A stretch of 64,000 nt of DNA from Octopus vulgaris. Taxonomy: Eukaryota. A program made the position numbers and the translations under genes. The DNA lies in NCBI GenBank assembly GCA_951406725.2, contig OX597837.1:41478001-41542000 (forward strand). The letters are read 5' to 3'. Under the pieces are notes generated by a model. It ran no database searches. It saw only the letters and a program-made list of their open reading frames with translations, and had not been told where the DNA came from. Every line of letters begins with the position of its first letter. The stretch's first letter is position 1. This document shows, piece after piece, positions 41,068-54,919 of the stretch.

Positions 41068-41855
41068 TCTCACTTGTTTCTGTCATTCCATGCTGGAGCC
41101 CGACCATATATGCGTATATGCATGAGTATATTTGAATCTATCATTGTTCAGCAAACGGTATTGGTTTGTTTACATCCTGGCAACCGAGCGGTTCGTGCAA
41201 ATGGGACTAATACAATAAGTACCAGGCGTGTTATAAGTACTGGAGTCCATCCGATCAATTAAACCCGTCAAAATGTTTCCAATGTGTCTGCAGTCATATG
41301 AGTGCTTTAGTCGAACAAATCGATCAACATACTAGTGTTTATTTTTAAGTCTGGTATTTATTTTACCGGACGCTTTTGCCGAACCGCTAAGTTAAGGGGA
41401 CGTAAACAAATCAACACCGATTGTCAAGTGGTGGAGAGGTGGTGACAAACACGGACATAAAAGCACAGGCACATAAATACACACACACATAAATATATAT
41501 GCACATATATTTGACGGGCTTCTTTCAGTTTCCATCTACAAAATCCATTCACAAGGCCTTTGGTCGGTCCGAGGCTATAGTAGAAGTCACTTTCCCACGG
41601 TATCACGAAATGGGAGTGAACCCGAAATCAGGCGGTTGCAAGGCGTGCATCTTAACCACAAAACTATACCTGCGCCTTGAGTCAAAACTGGTTTCTGTCT
41701 CTAACATTGGTACCCAGCCAGCCAGTTTTGTGAGACCGATAGAATAAGTACTAGGCTTACAAAGAATAAGTCCTGGGGTCGATTTGCTCTACTAAAGGCG
41801 GTGCTCCAAAATGGCCACAGTCACATGACTGAAACAAGTAGAAGAGTAAGAGAGT
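41068..41855. mobile_element. Nested, diverged SINE family A fragments in both orientations
   Basis: Family A motifs at 41068-41100 (-), 41150-41300 (+), 41305-41676 (-), 41715-41855 (+). Confidence 0.7.
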
Positions 41856-42121
41856 ATAACAAAAGAGCATACCAAGACATGCTCATATATATATTTAAAG
41901 GATAAACTTCTGGAAAGTTTTACAGATCTTTACAGTTCCACTGATGGATTGGATCTGTAGTCTTCGAATCAGCTTTCTCCTTTCTGGTTTATGCGTTACA
42001 TCTGAATACATGCATGCATGTATGTATCTATGTATGTATGTAGGTATGTATGTATGTATGTATGTATGTATGTATGTATGTATGTATGTATGTATGTATG
42101 TATATACATATGTATATATGA

Positions 42122-42196
<75 letters not shown>

Positions 42197-42606
42197 CTCT
42201 TTTTACTCTTTTACTTGTTTCAGTCATTTGACTGCGGCTATGCTGGAGCACCACCTTTAATCGAGCAACTCGACCCCGGGACTTATTCTTTTTGTAAGCC
42301 CAGTACTTATTCTATCGGTTTCTTTTGCCGAACCGCTAAGTGACGGGGACGTAAACACACCAGCATCGGTTGTCATGCAATGCTAGGGGAACAAACAAAG
42401 ACACACAAACACACACACGCATATATATATATATACATATATACGATGGGCTTCTTTCAGTTTCCGTCTACCAAATCCACTCCCAAAGCTTTGGTCGGCC
42501 CGAGGCTATAGTAGAAGACACTTGCCCAAGGTGCCACGCAGTGGGACTGAACCCGGAACCAGGTGGTTGGTAAGCAAGCTACTTACCACACAGCCACTCC
42601 TGCGCC
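42197..42606 (-). mobile_element. SINE family A, full length, low divergence
   Basis: Complete GGCGCAGGAGTGGCTGTGTGG head through (AGTAAAAG)n tail. Confidence 0.92.
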
Positions 42607-42788
42607 TATATGTATGATTTGTGGTGTGTTTGTGCCGGGATGAGTATGTTTGTCTCCAGACCTACAAGTCTGTCTCAATCTGTCTGTCTGCCTGCCTGTC
42701 TGTCTGCCTGCCTGTCTGTCTGTCTGTCTGTCTGTTTGTCTCTCTGTCAATTTATATTATCTTTCTCTTCCACCACCCCCATCCACCT

Positions 42789-42832
<44 letters not shown>

Positions 42833-43504
42833 TTCTTCATTATCACCTTCCACGTCGCACACACCTCCACCCCCCAACCCACTCCCACCGCACCTCATTC
42901 GCCACAAGAAACCAGGAAACCACATGTAACCGCCGCCGCCTCCCTCCGCTCTTCCAACGACCGCGACACACCCACCCGCTGCCAATAAATATATCATCAT
43001 TTCTACATTTTGCTACCGTTTTCTTCAGATACATCGGCAAAATGTCTATTACCCCCAGCCCCCCAAACACTACCTCCACCACCAACGTCACCACCACCAC
43101 CATTGCTACTACCACCACCACCACTATCGCCACTATTTCCTTTCACACAATCACACATACACACGCATACATGCACAAACACACACACACACACACACAC
43201 ACTCATACACACACCCATTCAGGCACAACATACACACACACACGTATATATATATATATACGCAAAACACACACCTACAAGAACACATACATACACGTGC
43301 AAACATGCATACACAAATACGTATACACAATCACATACACACACTGCACACTTATAGGCACACACGCACGCACACACAGAGATACACACACACGCACTCT
43401 CACACACACACACATATATATGTACGTTTTTCCTGTTCCATAATCGTATCAGAATCTTCGATCACCATTCATTCAGGTATTAACCCCCACACACCCGTCA
43501 CACA

Positions 43505-43537
<33 letters not shown>

Positions 43538-43710
43538 ATATACCCGCACACAAACACACACACACACAGACACACACGCACACTCTGATATACCCGCACA
43601 CACGCGCACACATACACTCTCACTCTCACACACACATATACACATTCGCTCTGTCTCTAACATGCCCACACACACACACATGTTCTCTCTTTCTCTCATA
43701 TGCAAACACA

Positions 43711-43755
<45 letters not shown>

Positions 43756-45103
43756 TCTCTCTTTCTGTCACATTCTTTCTCTCACACACATTTCACTCTT
43801 TCTCTCCATTTTCTCTCTCTCTCTCTTTCCCTCACTCTCTCTCTCTCTCTCTCTCATAGACACATTTCTCTCCTTCCTGCAACATATACACTTTCACACA
43901 CACACACACACACATGTATATTCACTGTCACTGCCTACCCGTCTCTCCCTCTCACTCTTTCCCTCACTTTCTCTTCTTCACTCTCTCTCTCTCCCTCTAC
44001 CCCGCCTCTCTCTTTCAATCAATCTACGTCAAACTCCCCTTCCTTCTCCTTCCACATAAACATATTACAAACACCCACCACTTCCCTTCAATAACTTCCA
44101 CTCACCTTATCATCTCCCACCACCACTCTCCTCTCTCATCCCGCCCACCACTCTCACCATTCCTTCTCCTCTCTCTTTCTCTCTCCCATTCTTTCATTCT
44201 ATCTCTCGTTATCCTCCATTTACTTTCTTACCAACCCCCTCTTCTTCACACAACCTCCTCACCTCTTCTCAATCTCTAGCACTCCTCCTCACTCACATAA
44301 ACACACTCTCTCTTTTTCTCTTTCTCCCTCTCTCTCTTTCTTCCTCTCTCTCTTTCTCCCTCTCTCTCCTTTCTCTCTCTCTTTCTCCCTCTCTTCCATG
44401 TCTCTTTCTCCCTCTCTCCCTCTCTCTCTTCCATGTCACTTTCTCCCTCTCTCTCTTCCATGTCTCTTTCTCACTCTCTCTCTTCCATGTCTCTTTCTCC
44501 CCCTATCCAATTCTGTCCTCCCTTTCCCCTTCTCTCTCTCTCTCTCATACCTCTACAATTCTCTACTTCCATTCTACTCTTTCCCTCTCATTTTCTTCCT
44601 CCTCTCCTCTCTGTCTCTCTCTCCCTCTCTCCCTCCCTCTCCGTCTCTGTCTCTCTCTCTCCCTCTCTCACTTTCTCACTCTATCTATCTACCTATCTCT
44701 TTTACCACCCCCTCCTTCCCAGTCAGTCCTTGATATTCCTTGATATCAATAAAGCAGACGACAGTTTTATTTTGTTTTATTTATTTAGTTTTCGAATATT
44801 TTTTTCTTTTCTTTCTTTTTTCTGTTGCCTGTTTAATGAGAGGGAGTGAAGGGGGAGAAAGAGAAAGAGTATGGAGAGAGTGAGTGAGAGTGAGAGAGGG
44901 AGAGATGAAGAGAAAGACAGATAGAGTAAAACGAAAGGGAAAGATAGAGGCAGATTATAGAGGAAGAAAGTAACGGAAATAAGTGGGGAGAAAGACAGAG
45001 AGAGAGAGAGAAATACACAGAGAGAGAGAAAAGAGATACACGATTTATAAAGAGAGGGATAGAGGCAGAAACGCTCATGTACAAAAGAGAGATAGAACTG
45101 AGA

Positions 45104-45140
<37 letters not shown>

Positions 45141-45189
45141 CAAGAGAAAGAGAGGGAAAGAGTGAGAGGGAGACACGGATAAGCATAGA

Positions 45190-45403
45190 CTCTCTTTTAC
45201 TCTTTTATTCTTTTACTTGTTTCAGTCATTTGACTGCGGCCATGCTGGAGCACCGCCTTTAGTCGAGCAACTCGACCCCGGTACTTATTCTTTTTGTAAG
45301 CCCAGTACTTATTCTATCGGTCTCTTTTTGCCGAACCGCTAAGTTACGGGGACGTAAACACACCAGCATCGGTTGTCAAGCAATGCTAGGGGAACAAACA
45401 CAG

Positions 45404-45440
<37 letters not shown>

Positions 45441-46038
45441 CGACAGGCTTCTTTCAGTTTCCGTCTACCAAATCCACTCACAAGGCTTTGGTCGGCCCGG
45501 GGCTATAGTAGAAGACACTTGCCCAAGATGCCACGCAGTGGGACTGAACCCGGAACCATGTGGTTGGTTAGCAAGCTACTTACCACACAGCCACAGACAG
45601 AGAATATATACGTGTGTGTGTCTCACCGTTTGTCTCTCGCTCTCCATTCTGATATATATATATCTACTCTTAACTATTTTACTTGTTTCAGTATTTGACT
45701 GTGGTCATGCTGGAGCACCGCCTTTAGTCGAGGAAATCGACCCCCAGGACTTATTCTTTGTAAGCCTAGTACTTATTCTGTCGGTCTCTTTTGCCGAACC
45801 ACTAAGATATGGGGACGTAAACGTACCAGCATCGGTTGTCAAGCGATGTTGGAGGGGGGACAAACACAGAAACAAAAATACACACACATATACATATATA
45901 CGACGGGATTCTTTCAGTTTCCGTCAACCAAATCCACTCACAAGGCTTTGGTCGGCCCGAGGCTATAGTAGAAGACACTTGCCCAAGGTGCCACGCAGTG
46001 AGACTGAACCCGGAACCATGTGGTTGGTAAACAAGCTA
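45190..46038 (-). mobile_element. Two tandem SINE family A copies (45190-45595, 45665-46038)
   Basis: Near-identical to 42197-42606. Confidence 0.9.
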
Positions 46039-46039
46039 C

Positions 46040-46240
46040 GCGGTGAGCTGGTAGAACCGTTAGCTCGCGGGCGAAATGCGTAGCCGTATTTCATCTGCCG
46101 TTACGTTCTGAGTTCAAATTCCGCCGAGGTCGACTATGCCTTTCATCTTTTCGGGGTCGATAAATTAAGTACCAGTTATGCACTGGGGTCGATGTAATCG
46201 ACTTAATTCGTTTGTCTGTCCTTGTTTGTCCCCTCAATGT
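46040..46240 (+). mobile_element. SINE family B
   Basis: Head, B box and Meta-like core; abuts a truncated SINE A head. Confidence 0.85.
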
Positions 46241-46266
46241 AAGAAAGATCTATATATATATGTATA

Positions 46267-46410
46267 CATTCGAGGCTTTCTTCCAAGGAATCTAATGCGC
46301 TTGGCTTAGATTTTCCTTTGGGGCTGGCCAGATCGGAGCAATCTCAAGATTAATCAGCCGAAATTGCGAGGATGATCCGATTCTTGACTGAAGATTGAAG
46401 GCTTCGAATG
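46267..46410 (+). ncRNA. Non-circularly permuted hammerhead-like RNA
   Basis: GCAAT-C (46338-46343) with GAA-ATTGC (46360-46367); TCAAGA/TCTTGA; CTGAAGA 46388-46394; GGCTGG/TCAGCC; CATTCGAGGCTTTC/GAAGGCTTCGAATG. Confidence 0.75.
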
Positions 46411-46486
46411 CCCCATCCGTGTTTTTTTTTTGTATCGTCTATCTAAATGTTTTACGTTCTTGTCCCAGTTTGTAATTTTTTACATT

Positions 46487-46536
<50 letters not shown>

Positions 46537-46594
46537 TATATACATACATATATATATATAAGAGGCTTGCTTCCCAACCACATGTGCTTACTCC

Positions 46595-46675
<81 letters not shown>

Positions 46676-46785
46676 GATGGGCTTCTTTCAGTTACCGTCT
46701 ACGAAATCCACTCACAAGGCTTTGGCCGGCCCGAGGCTATATCAGAAGACACTTGCTCATGTCTGCAGTCATATGACTGTAACAC

Positions 46786-46880
<95 letters not shown>

Positions 46881-47375
46881 TTGATAGATAGGAAAAGGAA
46901 CTGGATAATGGAACATATGAAGAAGGGAAAGATATAGAGAAAATATCAAGAAGAACGATTCCAACAATGAGAAAGGTGTAGATAAGAAGATATCCAGGGA
47001 AACCGATATTGTTGGAGAAGGGCGATGGGCAGGTGTAGAGATGTCACGAAGAGAAAGACAGGTGCAATAATATAGAGAGAAATAGATACAGAGAATTATA
47101 TACTTACACACGTACATACATACATACATACATACATACATACATACATACATACATACATGTGCGTGTGTGTGTATGTGTGTATGCGTGTGTGTGTGTG
47201 TGGGTGTGTGTAGGGAAAAATATTGATAGAGAGAGAAAAAAATAAGAATAGATACAAAGTGAGATGGGAAAAGATGAGTATTATAGAGGGGTTATAGTTA
47301 GATATAATATAGGGGGGAAATAGATATCATAAAGGGAGGGAAGATAGATACAGAAGGATATATATGTATGTATGC

Positions 47376-47453
<78 letters not shown>

Positions 47454-48332
47454 GAGAAGAAACGTAATAAGAGGAAACAGACTCTAAAGAGAGAAGGATG
47501 ATAGATAGAAAGAGACAAAATAGATGATAGATAGAAAGGGTGATAGATAGAAAGAGAGGAATAGATAGAGAAAAATAGGGAAAGAGACGTGCAAATCAGA
47601 GTTGGGGGAATGTACAGAGATAAGGGAAAAGCGATGCATTACACAGAGCGAACACATAAAGCTGTTGTATCGAACAAAACAGAATGATAGAATGAACAGC
47701 CGACCAATATTTTTTTTCCTTTCCTTCTGGAGAGGGATGGGGAGAGGTACGGGGGGGGGAAATAAGAAGGGCGTAGGAAGCAGGAGGAAGAGTGAGGGTG
47801 ATGGTGAGAGGAAGGTTGAGTCTTAGTGAGATATTTATGGTTTATAAAGTAAAAATCTGATAAATCATTTTGATATCATTGTGTCAAACATTATTACGAT
47901 TATTGCATTATCTGCGTTTCACTGATGTGTGTGCGTGTGTATATGCATGTGTGTGTATGTGTATGTGTATGTGTGCGTATGTGTGTTTGTGGGTGTGTGT
48001 GTGTGCATATATATATGGATATATGTATGTATAGGTGTATGTATGTACGTATTTATGTATGCATGTATCTAGGTCTATTATGTACATGTATGCATATGTA
48101 TGTATGTATGTATGTATGTATGATTTGTGTATATATGTGTATGCATGTGTGTTAGCTTGGCTATATATGTATATGTGTAAGTATGGATGCAGATGTGTAT
48201 GTGTATATGTAAGTATATGTGTATGTATGTGTATATGTATATGTTAGCATGTATATATGTAAGTACTGTTGTATGTGTGCATATGTATGTCTCTATGTAT
48301 CTGTATGTGAGTGTGATTGTGTGCATGTATAC

Positions 48333-48390
<58 letters not shown>

Positions 48391-48796
48391 ATATTAGTGT
48401 ATATATTATGAAGGCATGTGTGTATATGTGTATGCTTGTATGGAAAAGTGTATGTCTGTATCTGTGTACGCTTATATATGTGTATGTATTTGTATGCATA
48501 TATGTATGTGTATGTATGCGTGTATGCATATGTGTATACATAAATGAATAAGGATGTATGTATGTTCATATGTGTATATGTATGCAAGTATGTGTATGTG
48601 TATCAGTAAGTTTATATATTTATATATGTGTATTTAAATGCATATACATATGTAAGTATGGCTTTAAACATACGCATACGTCTGAGCGCATATGGGTAAA
48701 TATGTATGTATGTACGCATGTATAGCTACATGCTTTTTTGTATGTGTGCTTGTATGTACATATGTATGGGTGTATCTATGTGCGTATATCTAGACG

Positions 48797-49580
48797 TACC
48801 TGGTGTTATCAAAAGGTTCCCGGACTGGTTTTGTAGTGCGCCAACAGATGGCAGCACATGATCGTGTGCACAGTGAGAGCTAGCAGTGACCTTCACGAGA
48901 CAGTTTGTCCAGTGACATCACTGTGTTTACTTCACAAGTTGTGGAATTTGTGCTGTTGCGATAATGTACATGCTGGAGTCTGCGATTTCACCATGAGCAG
49001 GAAACAAAGAACCAACGGGAAACTTTGTAATTAAACTTGGCAAGTCTGCTACAGGGACATTGAACATGCTTCGGCAAGTTTACAGCGATGAGGCAATTGA
49101 TCGTATGCAATGTTTCGAGAGGTTCAGGCGCTTCAAAAGCGGAAGGACATCCCTAAGAGACGATGAGCTATCTGGAAAGCCTACCTCTAGCGTCAATACA
49201 AGCAATTATTGTTATTATGAGTTAGAACGGTAACTAGGTTTAAAAATTATAAATGATATATAAAAATTAAAATTTGGACTTTAACCTGAGGGGCTGAAAA
49301 GCCCAGCGACTACACCTTTTCCTTTTCCTATGAAGGATTAAGCAGGGTCACTTGCACACACCTTTCTTACTACAGCCTTCCATCTTTTCTCGAACACACC
49401 TCATGACAGGTATCTCCTGTCCAGCCCTATCTTGCTCTTCAGATGATATCTGAAGTACGTCAGCAAACCAGGGGTATTTGTGCATCGAGAACTCGACTCT
49501 CAGTGCCAGACCGTCAATCGAGTGTTCTTCTGCGACGTTCTGAAAAGTTCAAGAGCGAAAGAGACCGGATCTGTGGAGCG
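48797..49580 (+). mobile_element. Decayed mariner (Tc1/mariner) transposon
   Basis: TA-flanked TIR-like TACCTGGTGTTATCAAAAGGTTCCCGGACT; frameshifted transposase HTH KLGKSATGTLNMLRQVYSDEAIDRMQCFERFRRFKSGRTSLRDDELSGKP (48993-49195); catalytic-domain piece VHRELDSQCQTVNRVFFCDVLK..RPDLW (49471-49580). Confidence 0.85.
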
Positions 49581-49658
49581 TATATCAATCATTAAGTGTT
49601 TTTTATGTATATGTGTTTACCTATGTATTTGTATGTGTATATATGAGCGTGAATGCAC

Positions 49659-49756
<98 letters not shown>

Positions 49757-50114
49757 ATTTATTTAATAGTACGTTTGCACGAATGTTTGTGCATATGTGT
49801 ATATGTATGTCAGGAAGGGTTTGTATATATGTATGTGTGAAAATATGTATATATGTTTTTACATGTCTATGTATGTATGCACGTACGTTTGCACGTATAC
49901 AGATATATTCATACATACATTTTACGCATTAATATGTACACACACACACACACACACACACACATTAATGAACACAAATACATTTATTTATGTATATGTA
50001 TATAAATATATATGCATGTAAATATGTACACATATACCTCAATAAATGTATATATGTATGTATTCAACATACATTTGCCTGCATGAGAGTGTGTACTTGT
50101 GTGTGTGTGTGTGT

Positions 50115-50147
<33 letters not shown>

Positions 50148-50745
50148 TGTGTAAAGCGAGTGAGCATGAGAGAGATTAATATGAAAATATTTGAATACTT
50201 GTGATTGTATTGGAATATTCATATGAATATACACACATAAATTCACTTATATGTATATATATATATATATATACATGTGTGTGTGTGTGCATATGTGTGT
50301 ATGTATATATATATATGTATATATGTATTAATGTATATATGTATATACATATACATATATATACATATATATATACTTGCATACATATGTATATATATAC
50401 ATATATATATGTATTTATGTATCTATGTGTGTATATATACACACATATATACATATATATATATGTATTTATGTGTATATATATATATTTATGTCTATAT
50501 GTTTATACATATTTGCATGTATGTATACATATGTATATATAAATACACGTATGTATGTATATAAACATATGCCTATACATATAATACATATATGAACATG
50601 CATCCATACTGATGCAAAGACATACATATGCACAAAAGGAAACTGATATGGGGAGAGATAGAGGCGAACACTCACTCAAACAGACACAGACACACGGACA
50701 CACACATACATACACACAGACACACACACACATACATATATATAG

Positions 50746-50841
<96 letters not shown>

Positions 50842-51408
50842 CTATACATGTCATCTTTTTACTTATTTCTGATCTATTGAAAGCATAAAAAAGATTCTTT
50901 TTTTTATTTCCTTGAAAAACTGAGCAAGTATATATTTGAAAATTTACCATAAATTCATTTTGTTGCAAATGAATTCAATGACTTAGATTAGAGATTTCTG
51001 AGGTCTTCTATTTTATTTTTAATTATTTTTCATTGTATTTTTATTCAGCTTTTCGTTTTGTTTTAGTTTTTTTTATATATTTATTTTCTTTCTTCGAGAA
51101 ACTTCCAAAGATATTCTAATCAGTATACAAAAGCTGTAGGTTCCACGTAAGCCGAGCAAATTCGTTTTGCTTTTCTCCGACGTTTGATGTGAGATAGAAG
51201 ATTTACTTCCGGTAGACAATGACTCCACCGTATTGGCTCATAAATGTGACGTGGGGCATAGGTCGTGTTGTGAAGTTGCTTGCTTTTATTAGTTTAGCTA
51301 TTTGGTCCAGAGTTCGAAACCATGGCGCCTTACTTTCTTTGTTAATTGGAGAAGAGGTTAAAAATACGGCGGTAAAAGACCTAAGGAAATAGCAGGTCTT
51401 CAGAGAAG

Positions 51409-51465
<57 letters not shown>

Positions 51466-51503
51466 TGCATATATGTATATATATATATACATATACATAT
51501 ACA

Positions 51504-51570
51504 TGGAGGGTATATCAGCCGAAACATTGTGTTAATTACAAACAAGATGAGGACAAATATCTGTCAAATG
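51504..51570 (+). mobile_element. Truncated copy of the hammerhead-tailed element
   Basis: TGGAGGGTATATCAGCCGAAACATTGTGTTAA..ACAAGATGAGGACAAATATC matches 11038-11103 and 17042-17104. Confidence 0.75.
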
Positions 51571-52035
51571 TTACGCACTGAGCTCGATGTAATCAACTTA
51601 ATCCGTTTGTCTGTCCTTGTTTGTCCCTTCTGTGTTTAGCCACTTGTGGGTATTAAAGAAATAGGTATTTCGTCTGCCGTTACGTTCTGAGTTCAAATTC
51701 AGCCGAGGTCGACTTTGCCTTTCATCCTTTCGGGGTCGATAAATTAAGAACCAGTTACGCACTGGGCTCGATGTAATCAACTTAATCCCTTTGTCTGTCC
51801 TTGTTTGTCCCTTCTGTGTTTAGCCACTTGTGGGTAGTAAAGAAATAGGTATTTCATCTGCCGTTACGTTGTGAGTTCAAATTCCGCCGAGGTCGACTTT
51901 GCCATTCATCCTTTCGGGGTCGATTAAATAAATACCAGTTACGCACTGGGGTCGATGTAATCGACTTAATCCGTTTGTCTGTCCTTGTTTGTCCCCCTCT
52001 ATGTTTAGCCCCTTGTTGGGTAATAAAGAAATAAG
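51571..52035 (+). mobile_element. Tandem SINE family B array (about 2.5 units, period 184 bp)
   Basis: AAAGAAATAG|GTATTTC junctions at 51665 and 51849. Confidence 0.9.
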
Positions 52036-52431
52036 AAACTGTTCTTCATGAAGTCTTAATAGGAGGAGGTTCTACTACCAAACTATAATCCTCCTTCTTC
52101 TCCTCCCCGCTCTATCATCTTCCTTGCGCAGAAATCGTCCCACCTTTCAGGGAATTCAATTAATAAAACCAATTTACATATTTCTCGTGTATTCCCTTTT
52201 TTTTATATAATTGTCATTTTACTTGTAACTACACCTTTTCTGTTTTAAAATCCATGAAAAAATATTTTTGAATGGTTTGTGGGGGTGCTGGAACGGATTA
52301 ATTATATTTTAGTTAATTTCAATGAGGAAAATTGATTTGTACAACGAGTAAATCGTAAAGCGAAATCGGTCATGGAACGAATTGAACTCGCAATGCAAGG
52401 TGTCACTCTGTGTGTGTGTAATGTTAATATG

Positions 52432-52832
52432 CGGTGGTTGTGTGGTAAGTAGCTTGCTTACCAACCACATGGTTCCGGGTTCAATCCCGCTGCGTGGAAC
52501 CTTGGGCAAGTGTCTTCTACTATAGCCTCGGGCCTTCCAAAGCCTTGTGAGTGGATTTGGTAGACGGAAACTGAAAGAAGCCCGTCGTATATCTATATAT
52601 GTATATGTGTGTATGTATATGTTTGTGTGTCTGTGTTTGTCCTCCCAACATCGCTTGACAACCGATGCTGGTGTGTTTACGTCCCCGTCACTTAGCGGTT
52701 CGGCAAAAGAAACCGATAGAAGAAGTACTAGGCTTACAAAGAGTAAGTCCTGGGGTCGATTTGCTCGATCGACTAAAGGCGGTGCTGCAGCATGGCCACA
52801 GTCAAACGACTGAAAACAAGCAAAAGAGTAAA
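52432..52832 (+). mobile_element. SINE family A, full length
   Basis: Head, internal microsatellite and tail. Confidence 0.9.
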
Positions 52833-53086
52833 GCGCAAAGAGATAGATACACATTCACACATTCATACAACCACACACACACACACACACACACATATAT
52901 AAACACACGGACTGGCTGACTGTCTCTTTGCTTAATTAAACATTTCCTTTAATTAAACAATAGGCTATTTCTAACGCAAAGATGGAGATGACGCAAAAGT
53001 GTTTTATTGATAACGTGTAGGATGTTGGACGCTTTGTATTCTTAGTATCAAGGAAATACTTATTGAATTGACACGTCTTTTACAAT

Positions 53087-53117
<31 letters not shown>

Positions 53118-53164
53118 CACACACACATACACACACACGTGACTATGGCTATTTATATTTCTAG

Positions 53165-53246
53165 ATACAAAGCGTATGAGTACGTCAATCGTATTAGCGC
53201 TCAGAGCGGATCGAACACGGGAAATCCTGCGTCATATCGATGGTGA
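53165..53246 (+). CDS. Candidate coding exon of an unidentified gene
   Basis: Acceptor TTTATATTTCTAG; two open frames: MSTSIVLALRADRTREILRHID-G|GTGAGG (53176-53242) or terminal YKAYEYVNRISAQSGSNTGNPASYRW*; non-repetitive, CpG-retaining sequence. Confidence 0.35.
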
Positions 53247-53365
53247 GGTAACCCAGATAGACACGGTGGAGTCGATGACGATGAATATGAAGTAGAAGCA
53301 GGACAGGTCATATGCACACACACACACACACACACACGCACACACATTGATCCATCGACCGATCG

Positions 53366-53396
<31 letters not shown>

Positions 53397-53448
53397 GATA
53401 TAGATGATAGAAAGACAGATAGATATGCAGACAGACACCCAGCCAGTC

Positions 53449-53567
<119 letters not shown>

Positions 53568-53724
53568 CATGTTTCTTAGCCACACAGACGAGACAAATTA
53601 CAAAGTAGACCTTTTCTTTTTGGGGAAGAAAAAAATAAAAGTAAAAGAAAATAAAAAATATAAAGGGGGATAGGTTTTCGATCAAAAGGGATAGTAAAAA
53701 GAGAGAGAGAAAAAAACGATCAAT

Positions 53725-53783
<59 letters not shown>

Positions 53784-53790
53784 TATAATA

Positions 53791-54017
53791 GCAGCGTGGT
53801 AGGTGTTTATAAGCCATTTAAAAACACACAAAGACTTAGATTCACTTTAACGTTTAAATTTAATTTGCCAAAATATTTTCACAGCGACCTGTTCAGTGAA
53901 CATGTCGCGGTCTCAAAGCGACGAAAATATTTTTTCGCTAATTAAATTTAAATGTTGAAGAGAATCTAACGGTCTTTGTGTGTTTCTTAAATGGCTTATA
54001 AACACCTTCCACGCTGC
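53791..54017. repeat. ~105 bp-arm palindrome with variant hammerhead core at the axis
   Basis: GCAGCGTGG.AGGTGTTTATAAGCCATTTA arm and its reverse complement; GTGAACA-T-GTCGC..GCGAC-GAAA-ATAT-TT at 53896-53932. Confidence 0.75.
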
Positions 54018-54080
54018 AATTGTTTTTCCTTCAGCACACGATGTCAGATCAGGTCACTTGCTATGCAAGAACATCTCCGT

Positions 54081-54129
<49 letters not shown>

Positions 54130-54133
<4 letters not shown>

Positions 54134-54701
54134 TGCATTTAAACAGGGCAGCTGGCTCGCTAGAAAGAGTAGTTAAACTCTAAACCACTATTAGGGGTAA
54201 TTTCAAAAGGGAATGAAAAATAAAAAACACTTACCCTCTATTTCCTGTACCTTGCATGGTTTCAAGCAATGCTGATGATAGCTTCGCCAATGTAAGTTAT
54301 TTTATTTACTAAAGATTACTTGAAACCATGGTACAGGAAATAGAGGGTCATCGAGCTGGCAGAAACGTTAGCACGCCGGGCGAAATGCTTAGCGGTATTT
54401 CGCCTGGCGCAACGTTGTGAGTTCAAATTCCGCTGAGGTCGACTTTGCCTTTCATCCTTTCGGGGTCGATAACTTAAGTACCAGTTACGCACTGGGTCGA
54501 TGTAATCGACTTAATACCTATGTCTGTCCTTGTTTGTCCCCTCTATGTTTAGCCCCTTGTGGGTAATAAAGAAATAGGTAAATGTTTTTATTTTTCATTC
54601 CCTTTCGAAATTATCCCTAATAGTGGTTTAGAGCTTAACTACTCTTTCTAGCGAGTCAGATGTCCTGTTATGGCCATCTCTTATGTGTTTAAATGTACAC
54701 T
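54130..54701. repeat. Foldback element (arms about 140 bp) interrupted by SINE B at 54352-54576
   Basis: CTCGCTAGAAAGAGTAGTTAA.CTCTAAACCACTATTAGGG arm and its reverse complement; HHR-like CTGATGA (54272) and GAAA-CCATGG-TA (54322-54333). Confidence 0.75.
54352..54576 (+). mobile_element. SINE family B, full length
   Basis: GAGCTGGCAGAAACGTTAGC head through AAAGAAATA tail. Confidence 0.9.
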
Positions 54702-54801
54702 GTATTTTTATATGAATAATATATAGTCTATTGACTGGTTTTTTTAATCTTCTCGCTAGATCACTAGTGGCAAAGAATTTTTCTACGTTTTTTTGCTATT
54801 T

Positions 54802-54857
<56 letters not shown>

Positions 54858-54919
54858 CAGGGTGGATACTTGATAACTGTAAGCACCTGTATATGCCAGC
54901 TAGTGGTGTAGGTGATAGG

